Assembly (NCBI GenBank): GCA_964518755.1
Contig: CAZFHH010000002.1
Coordinates: forward strand, 6,796-60,419
DNA from: an uncultured Candidatus Saccharibacteria bacterium
GTDB lineage: Bacteria; Patescibacteriota; Minisyncoccia; Phycocordibacterales; Phycocordibacteraceae
Reading direction: 5' to 3'
Length of the DNA: 53,624 bases
Shown: in pieces, positions 47,182 to 53,624 of the stretch
Layout of the letters: every line of letters starts with the position of its first letter
Position numbering within the stretch: the stretch's first letter is position 1
Notes under the pieces: model-generated
The model's input: the letters and a program-made list of their open reading frames with translations, nothing else
Database searches by the model: none
Told to the model about the DNA's origin: nothing
Program-made: the position numbers and the translations under genes

Positions 47182-48069
47182 ATGGCAAACCGTCACTTAG
47201 CCCGTACCATCGTTTTACAAACACTCTTTGAGTGGGATACAACCGATACCGCCAACGATAAAGCAAATGCCATTCTCCAAAGAAATATCCGTGAGCATGA
47301 CGGAGGTGATACCGATGTTCCATTTATGAATACGTTATTCCCCGGTGTGCTCGCCAAACAGAGTGATATTGATTTAATCATCTCTCACGCCGCGCCGGGA
47401 TGGCCAATTGATAAGATAGCTCCTATTGATAGAAATATCCTTCGGCTGGGTTTGTATGAATTGTTATTTTCGGATAGAAAACAAATTCCGGCGAAGGTTG
47501 CCATCAATGAGGCGATTGAACTTGCAAAAACTTTTGGAGGTGAATCATCGGGGCGTTTTATAAACGGAGTGCTTGGTACGGTATACAAAGAAATCGGTGA
47601 GCCGGGGAAAAATGATGCGAGCAAACATCGCCAAAGAAAAGACCCACTACCAATTGAGCAGTTGGTGGGTGCGTTGGTATATGCAAAACATGAAGGGCAA
47701 TATTATTTGGCTCTTTTGCATGATGTGTTCGGGCACTGGACTCTTTCAAAGGGGCATATCTTGGAATCCGAATCTGCAACCGATGCGGTGATGCGAGTGG
47801 TTAGAGAGGAAACCGGGCTTTCCGGCGCGGTGGAAAATCTTGTCGGCAAAAATGAATATGTCGCCTCACATCCGGAAAAAGGAAAGATGCTCAAGCAAGT
47901 CTCATTCTTTCTTGTTTGCGCCTCTTTCGCAGACATCACATTGAAGAGAAGCGGTGGGCTTGATGACGCGCGTTGGTTTAAGATGCAAGACATCCTTGAC
48001 CTTAATTTTTATGATGATATGCTCCCCATCGTTACATCGGGAGTGCAGGTACTTGTTGATCGCGCTTAA
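47182..48069 (+). CDS. nusB: NusB fused to a C-terminal NUDIX domain
   Basis: DRNILRLGLYEL, INEAIELAK, FINGVLG; then KGHILESESATDAVMRVVREETGL. Confidence 0.93.
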   Translation: MANRHLARTIVLQTLFEWDTTDTANDKANAILQRNIREHDGGDTDVPFMNTLFPGVLAKQSDIDLIISHAAPGWPIDKIAPIDRNILRLGLYELLFSDRKQIPAKVAINEAIELAKTFGGESSGRFINGVLGTVYKEIGEPGKNDASKHRQRKDPLPIEQLVGALVYAKHEGQYYLALLHDVFGHWTLSKGHILESESATDAVMRVVREETGLSGAVENLVGKNEYVASHPEKGKMLKQVSFFLVCASFADITLKRSGGLDDARWFKMQDILDLNFYDDMLPIVTSGVQVLVDRA

Positions 48070-48080
48070 ATAATTTTACT

Positions 48081-48767
48081 ATGACAGATATCAATGCATA
48101 CGCACAAAAACTCGGGATTACGATTCGTGACACGAAGTTTCTTCTTGAGGCACTCACGCACCGCTCGTATCTCAATGAGAATCGTTCCGCGGCAAAGCAC
48201 AATGAGCGTCTTGAATTTCTTGGAGATGCCGTGCTGGAACTTGTGGTAACGGATTTTCTTTTTCGTGAATTTCCGAAGAAGCCGGAAGGTGAGCTAACCG
48301 CGTATCGTGCGGCGCTTGTGAACACACAATCTCTTTCGGAAACTTCCGAGGCGCTGGGTGTAAACGACATGCTCCTTCTTTCCAAGGGCGAGGCAAAAGA
48401 TACGGGGCATTCAAGACAAGTGATTTTGGCAAATGCATTTGAGGCGATTCTCGGGTCCATTTATCTTGATACCGGGCTTGAGGCGGCAAGCTCATTCATC
48501 GCCAAGCACATTTACCCTAAAATTGACCGCATTATCAAAGAGCGTCTTTGGCAAGATGCAAAAAGTCATTTCCAAGAAATGGCACAAGAACATCGTGGTA
48601 TTACTCCCAATTACAAAACCTTGCATGAAGAAGGTCCGGATCACGAAAAACGTTTCGTGTTGGGAGTGTTTTTGAATAATGAACAAATTGCCACCGGTGA
48701 GGGAAGGTCAAAACAAGACGCCCAGCAAAATGCCGCGCAGTCGGCACTGCAGGAAACGGGATGGTGA
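48081..48767 (+). CDS. rnc: ribonuclease III
   Basis: NERLEFLGDAVL; C-terminal dsRBD. Confidence 0.98.
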   Translation: MTDINAYAQKLGITIRDTKFLLEALTHRSYLNENRSAAKHNERLEFLGDAVLELVVTDFLFREFPKKPEGELTAYRAALVNTQSLSETSEALGVNDMLLLSKGEAKDTGHSRQVILANAFEAILGSIYLDTGLEAASSFIAKHIYPKIDRIIKERLWQDAKSHFQEMAQEHRGITPNYKTLHEEGPDHEKRFVLGVFLNNEQIATGEGRSKQDAQQNAAQSALQETGW

Positions 48768-48819
48768 TTTTTAAGGTACGCCCGCATTTATTGTCGGCAG
48801 AGCTTGCTATACTGATATC

Positions 48820-51048
48820 ATGACGCGCCACATGTTAAAAAGGGTTGAAATTACAGGCTTTAAATCTTTTGCAAAAAAGACGACACTTGATTTCTCATCA
48901 AGTGTTACATCTATTGTCGGACCGAACGGCTCCGGGAAATCAAATGTTGCCGAGGCATTTCGTTTTGCGCTTGGTGAGCAATCAATGAAAAATATGCGCG
49001 GTAAGCGAAGCGAGGATCTTATCTTTAATGGTTCGCCAACGACACCGCGCACCAATCGCGCGGCGGTTGCGATTATTTTTGATAATACATCGCGCGTGTT
49101 TAATCTTGATTTTGACGAGGTTCGCGTAGAGCGCGCCGTATTTCGCGACGGGACGAGTGAATATACGATTAACGATTCAAAAGTACGCCTGCGCGATATC
49201 CATGAATTACTTTCAAATGCCAACATTGGTGAGAGTGGGCACCACATCATCGCTCAGGGCGAGGCGGATAGAATTTTGCTCGCCAATGCACGACAAAGAA
49301 GAGAGATGCTTGAAGATGCGCTCGGGCTTGCGTCATACGAATTCAAAAAAAATGAGGCACAACGCAAGCTTGAAAGAACGCGCGAAAACATTAGGCAAGT
49401 TGATGCCTTGCGCAGAGAACTTTCCCCACATGTTCACTTTCTTCAAAGGCAGGTTGAGAAGCTGGAGCGTGCGGATGCAACGCGCGATGAGTTGAGCACA
49501 TTGGGTGCAACATACTTTGCGATTGAAGATGCGTATATCGCTCTGGAGACAGAAACCGCCACTATCGCACTCGCTTCCGCAAAAGAAAAGCTCGCCGTAC
49601 TTTCGTCAGAACTCTCCGCGTTGTCTGTAGCGGTTGATAAAGATGATGAAGGCGAGAGCTGTGCGAGAGCTGTGCGTACTGCAGAAGAGACGCTTGAAAA
49701 AATAACCGCGACACACAATGCTCTTGTAAGAGAGATGGGTAGAACAGAGGGTGCACTTGGTGCGATGCAAGATAGAGAAAAATCACTTGGCGATGATCCG
49801 TGTGTACGCATTGCTCGTGATGATATTTCAATGCTGTTTGATGAAGTGCAAGAACGAGCATCGGAAGCGCTTGATGGAGACGCGTCAAAACTGCGCGTCG
49901 CTCTTGTTTCCGTTCGCACGATAGTAAAATCATTTTTTGAACGGTTTGGTTCTACAACTGAAACAGAGATGTTGCTTGACGATAATGAGCAAAAACTTCA
50001 CGCACTTGAGCAACAAAAGGCGATACGAGAACAAGAAGAAATTGCTCTTGGTGGTGAGGTTGAAAAATCGCGTAATGCGGTATTGCGAGCGCGCGAAATA
50101 TATTCCGCGCATGAAGAAGCTGGTAGGGAAGGACAACGGAGAAGCATTGCTCTTGCACAACAAGAGGCTCATGCTCAAGCGTCAGTGATGCAACAGGAAA
50201 CACGATTGGACGCGGTATCAAAGCGCAGTGAAAGATGCGAACATGACAAGGCGGGACTGCTTGCGTTGGTGGGACCTTCCGCTGTTTCGTATGAGCCGCG
50301 CACAGAGGTGTCGCAGGAAGAATATGCAGAGCAAGACAATCGCTCGCGCTCCATTGAAAGATTCAAAATTCGTTTGGAAGAATTAGGTGGCACCGGCGAA
50401 GATATTCGCAAAGAGTATAAAGATGTATCACAGCGTGAAAATTTCCTCACCACAGAACTTGAGGACCTTTCACATTCTGCCGATATTTTGCATACACTCA
50501 TTGATGAGATTGATGGTGAGGTTGCGAAAAATTTTGCCGATGGGCTGGAGCACGTGAATGAATCATTCAGCGCTTTCTTTTCTCTTATGTTTGGGGGAGG
50601 GTCCGCACGGCTTATTCTTGAAGAAGATGATGTTACGGACGACGACGATGAGAATGAGAGTAATTTTGATAGTGCAACAGGGAACAAAAAGCCAGGGGTT
50701 GAAGTGGTGGTGCACATTCCAAGAAAGCGCGTGCAGTCACTTTTGCAACTTTCAGGTGGTGAGAGGGCGTTGGCATCTATCGCACTTATTTTTGCAATGA
50801 GCCAAGTGAACCCTCCGCCATTTTTGATATTGGACGAAACGGATGCAGCGCTTGATGAGGCGAACAGCAGGAGATATGGCGACATGATAGAAAATCTTTC
50901 CAAAAAATCACAGCTCATTGTCATCACACACAACCGCGAGACCATGAGCCGTGCTGGTATTTTGTATGGAGTTACGATGCACGGTGACGGCACATCAAAA
51001 CTGCTTTCCGTTAAGTTTGATGATGCGATTACTGTTGCAAAACGATAG
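48820..51048 (+). CDS. smc: short SMC-family ATPase (742 aa)
   Basis: GFKSFA, GPNGSGKSN, LSGGE, ILDETDAALDEAN, ITHN; follows rnc. Confidence 0.9.
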   Translation: MTRHMLKRVEITGFKSFAKKTTLDFSSSVTSIVGPNGSGKSNVAEAFRFALGEQSMKNMRGKRSEDLIFNGSPTTPRTNRAAVAIIFDNTSRVFNLDFDEVRVERAVFRDGTSEYTINDSKVRLRDIHELLSNANIGESGHHIIAQGEADRILLANARQRREMLEDALGLASYEFKKNEAQRKLERTRENIRQVDALRRELSPHVHFLQRQVEKLERADATRDELSTLGATYFAIEDAYIALETETATIALASAKEKLAVLSSELSALSVAVDKDDEGESCARAVRTAEETLEKITATHNALVREMGRTEGALGAMQDREKSLGDDPCVRIARDDISMLFDEVQERASEALDGDASKLRVALVSVRTIVKSFFERFGSTTETEMLLDDNEQKLHALEQQKAIREQEEIALGGEVEKSRNAVLRAREIYSAHEEAGREGQRRSIALAQQEAHAQASVMQQETRLDAVSKRSERCEHDKAGLLALVGPSAVSYEPRTEVSQEEYAEQDNRSRSIERFKIRLEELGGTGEDIRKEYKDVSQRENFLTTELEDLSHSADILHTLIDEIDGEVAKNFADGLEHVNESFSAFFSLMFGGGSARLILEEDDVTDDDDENESNFDSATGNKKPGVEVVVHIPRKRVQSLLQLSGGERALASIALIFAMSQVNPPPFLILDETDAALDEANSRRYGDMIENLSKKSQLIVITHNRETMSRAGILYGVTMHGDGTSKLLSVKFDDAITVAKR

Positions 51049-51090
51049 CCCCAAGCAGGCGAGCCCCTGCGGGGCTCGCCTGCTTGGGGC
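51048..51090. repeat. perfect palindrome, 20-bp arms
   Basis: GCCCCAAGCAGGCGAGCCCC-TGC-GGGGCTCGCCTGCTTGGGGC. Confidence 0.94.
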
Positions 51091-51114
51091 GTCCTCGTAT
51101 GGTACCATGGCAAC

Positions 51115-52539
51115 ATGACACATCACGACGCACTTTCAATTCTGCAAACAGGGGCGAATGTATTTCTCACAGGCGAGCCCGGGAGCGGAAAGACGCATAC
51201 GGTTTTGCAATTTATAACATGGTTACGTGAGCATGGGGTGGAGCCGGCAATAACCGCGTCAACGGGTATTGCCGCTACTCATATCGGCGGATACACTATC
51301 CACTCATGGAGTGGTATCGGTATTGAGCAGGAGATTTCAGAAGAACTGCTTGACCGTATCGGGCAAAAGGCACACGTTGTGCGGCGCATACGAAAAGCAC
51401 ACGTACTCATCATTGATGAGGTTTCAATGCTTTCAAAAAGCACTTTTGAAATGGTTGAGGCAGTTTGCAGATATGTTCGTCGCGACGAGCGTCCGTTTGG
51501 CGGATTGCAGATTGTGCTTGCCGGGGATTTTTTTCAGCTCCCCCCCGTGTATCGTGCACAGCAATATCACAGTGTGCAAAATAATTCTTTGTTGTCTGAA
51601 TTGCCTGAGATTGGCGATGAAGAAAATAATCACGTATTTGCATTTGGAAGCCCTGCGTGGGAGCGTCTAAATCTTTTGGTGTGCTATATGGACGAACAAT
51701 ATCGACAAGAGGAAAGTGGTGATTTTTATAAACTTCTTTCCGCCATACGAAGTGGCGAGATAACCGGAGAGCATGAAGATTTGCTTACTACGCGATGTGC
51801 AGCCGCTCCCGATGATGTGCCGGTTTTATTTCCGCATGTCGCAGCGGTGGACAAAGTAAACGCCACCGCGCTTGGAAAACTCTCCTCAAAACCGCGCACG
51901 TTTGCTATGGAAAAAACGGGTCCGGATGTGCTTACCGGCAATCTCACGCGCGGGTGCCTGTCGCCCGAGCAACTCATTTTGAAAGAGGGTGCGGCGGTTA
52001 TGTTTACCAAAAATAATGCCTCTGCCGGTTTTGTGAATGGAACGCTTGGAACGGTTGAGGCGTTTACTCATGAGTCGCCGATGGTACGCACTCGTGACGG
52101 GAAGGTTATCATCGTATCGCCCATGGATTGGGTGATTGAAGAAAACGGAGTGGTGCGTGCAAGCATTACTCAAATGCCATTGCGTCTTGCATGGGCGATA
52201 ACCGTGCATAAAAGCCAGGGCATGTCGCTTGATGCTGCACACATTGATTTGTCGCACGCATTTGAATATGGGCAAGGGTACGTTGCACTTTCTCGCGTGC
52301 GTTCTCTTGAGGGGCTTACTCTTGGCGGTTTCAACAAGCGCGCACTTGAGGTACACCCGATTGTGAGCGAGTATGATTTTTCACTCAAAGAGCAGTCTCA
52401 CCGCGCGCAAGAACGCTTTTGCGATATGCCGGAAAGTGAGATGGACACTTTGCAAAAAGCGTTCTTGCGCGCGGTGGGTGGCACATTTGCCACAGCAACA
52501 ATCACGCCCAAAAAGAAAAACACAAAGAAAAAACACTAA
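51115..52539 (+). CDS. Pif1-family SF1B helicase
   Basis: TGEPGSGKT, IIDEVSM, GDFFQLPPV, AWAITVHKSQG, YVALSR. Confidence 0.93.
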   Translation: MTHHDALSILQTGANVFLTGEPGSGKTHTVLQFITWLREHGVEPAITASTGIAATHIGGYTIHSWSGIGIEQEISEELLDRIGQKAHVVRRIRKAHVLIIDEVSMLSKSTFEMVEAVCRYVRRDERPFGGLQIVLAGDFFQLPPVYRAQQYHSVQNNSLLSELPEIGDEENNHVFAFGSPAWERLNLLVCYMDEQYRQEESGDFYKLLSAIRSGEITGEHEDLLTTRCAAAPDDVPVLFPHVAAVDKVNATALGKLSSKPRTFAMEKTGPDVLTGNLTRGCLSPEQLILKEGAAVMFTKNNASAGFVNGTLGTVEAFTHESPMVRTRDGKVIIVSPMDWVIEENGVVRASITQMPLRLAWAITVHKSQGMSLDAAHIDLSHAFEYGQGYVALSRVRSLEGLTLGGFNKRALEVHPIVSEYDFSLKEQSHRAQERFCDMPESEMDTLQKAFLRAVGGTFATATITPKKKNTKKKH

Positions 52540-52541
52540 GA

Positions 52542-52578
52542 TTGCCCCCCTGCGCGCCGAAGGCGCGCAGGGGGGCAA
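52542..52578. repeat. palindrome, copy 1 of a shared 31-bp core
   Basis: CCCCCCTGCGCGCC-GAA-GGCGCGCAGGGGGG, identical at 53531-53561. Confidence 0.95.
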
Positions 52579-52591
52579 ACCAACAGTAAAC

Positions 52592-53233
52592 ATGAATGCA
52601 GAATTGAAAAATAAGTTACTTAAAATCGCCCGGAAAAAAATCTCACGTGAGGATGTTTCTCATGATTTTGAGCATGCCTTGAGGGTATTATCAAATGCTG
52701 AAAAAATTGCGAGGGAAGAGGATTGTGATCTTGATATCATCGTTCCGTCCGCTTTACTTCACGATTTGATTGTGTATCCTAAAAATCATCCTGACAGACA
52801 CAAATCACAAAAAAAGAGTGCGCAAGAAGCTGGAAGAATATTAAGTGCACTCGCAGGTTTCCCGAAAGAAAAAATAGAAAAAGTAATGAGTTGCATCACG
52901 GAGTGTTCATTTAGTAAGGGAATTATGCCAAAGTTGTTAGAGTCAAAAATTTTACAAGATTCTGACGGGTTGGAAGCGACGGGTGCAATCTCCATTATGA
53001 GAACATATTCTTCAACGGGACAAATGAAAAGGCCTTTTTATAATTCAGAAGATCCGTTTTGCGAAAGTCGCAAACCAAACACGTCAAGCTTTGCCCTGGA
53101 TTTGTTCTATGATAGGCTACTCAGGGTCGCAGAAAGAATGCATACAAAAACTGCAAAGAAAATCGCGAAGAGAAGAACCGATTTTTTGGTTGGTTTCTTA
53201 AAAGAGCTTAAGTTGGAATTGGGGGAGAAATAA
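52592..53233 (+). CDS. HD-domain phosphohydrolase (YedJ-like)
   Basis: HDFEHALRV, ALLHDL, ILQDSDGLEATGA; start moved past the hairpin to ATG 52592. Confidence 0.92.
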   Translation: MNAELKNKLLKIARKKISREDVSHDFEHALRVLSNAEKIAREEDCDLDIIVPSALLHDLIVYPKNHPDRHKSQKKSAQEAGRILSALAGFPKEKIEKVMSCITECSFSKGIMPKLLESKILQDSDGLEATGAISIMRTYSSTGQMKRPFYNSEDPFCESRKPNTSSFALDLFYDRLLRVAERMHTKTAKKIAKRRTDFLVGFLKELKLELGEK

Positions 53234-53288
53234 TTTTTTCAATGAAATTTTACAGGTGGGGATATTCACATACTCACACGTTAACGCT

Positions 53289-53525
53289 ATGTATGAAATA
53301 ATATCTCAAACGGCAATATTTATTTTGGGGGCGAGTGCCATTATCCTCATTGCAAAAAAGAATAGATGGGGTTTTGTTATAGGTTTGTTATCTCAACCGT
53401 TTTGGTTTATTACATCTTATGTGCACCAGCAATGGGGTATATTTTTAGTTAGCATAGTTTTCATGGGAAGCTGGTGTCTCGGTATTTATGAGTGGTTCTT
53501 TAAGGATAAAAAAAGTAAAGAGTAA
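53289..53525 (+). CDS. small three-TM protein, PnuC/SemiSWEET-like
   Basis: RWGFVIGLLSQPFW..QWGIF..GIYEW. Confidence 0.7.
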   Translation: MYEIISQTAIFILGASAIILIAKKNRWGFVIGLLSQPFWFITSYVHQQWGIFLVSIVFMGSWCLGIYEWFFKDKKSKE

Positions 53526-53568
53526 TAACCCCCCCCTGCGCGCCGAAGGCGCGCAGGGGGGGGTTATT
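53524..53568. repeat. palindrome with 21-bp arms, copy 2 of the shared core
   Basis: AATAACCCCCCCCTGCGCGCC-GAA-GGCGCGCAGGGGGGGGTTATT. Confidence 0.95.
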
Positions 53569-53624
53569 TAAACGAGCTGATTGGGTTTTGGTTATTTTTC
53601 CATGCTGAATAAACACCCCCGTTG

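Noticed and set aside
50175-51116. Long antisense ORFs (313 aa here, also 38708-39520 and 44161-44814)
   Set aside because: Shadows of well-supported plus-strand genes.
53564-53624. 3' end of a minus-strand gene (..GGVYSAWKNNQNPISSFK*)
   Set aside because: Only about 20 codons are visible; cannot be supported.
1-53624. tRNA/rRNA genes, transposases, integrases, prophage, alternative genetic code
   Set aside because: None recognised; TGA terminates genes such as tatD and rnc, consistent with code 11.

Overview
Chromosomal segment of a small-genome bacterium, most likely Patescibacteria/CPR (Parcubacteria-like). This is inferred from the IleRS-phosphatase and NusB-NUDIX fusions, alpha2-type GlyRS, short RecO and SMC, and Ig/S-layer-like surface proteins; TGA is used as stop. 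Core genes: a dTTP cluster (thyX, tmk, dcd-like, glyA), argS, ileS, recO, glyQS, metG, tatD, rpsF-ssb-rpsR, efp, an ECF sigma, recA, ftsK, rplJ-rplL with L10 leader, rpmF, nusB, rnc, smc and a Pif1-like helicase. Main unexplained signals: (1) more than 30 long, mostly sequence-unique, near-perfect palindromes with 0-6 nt loops, many with C-GNA-G triloops, five of them inside coding sequence including argS; (2) a four-helix-bundle/wHTH gene next to ftsK whose promoter, body and 3' flank carry eight AAGGACA copies; (3) several small accessory cassettes (TA-like pairs, HD + PnuC-like) bounded by direct repeats or identical palindromes, with no integrase or transposase in the window; (4) tandem promoter-terminator mini-units (candidate sRNAs) between rpsR and efp; (5) apparently leaderless core genes versus SD-led orphan genes. 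All calls come from reading the sequence; no searches were run.
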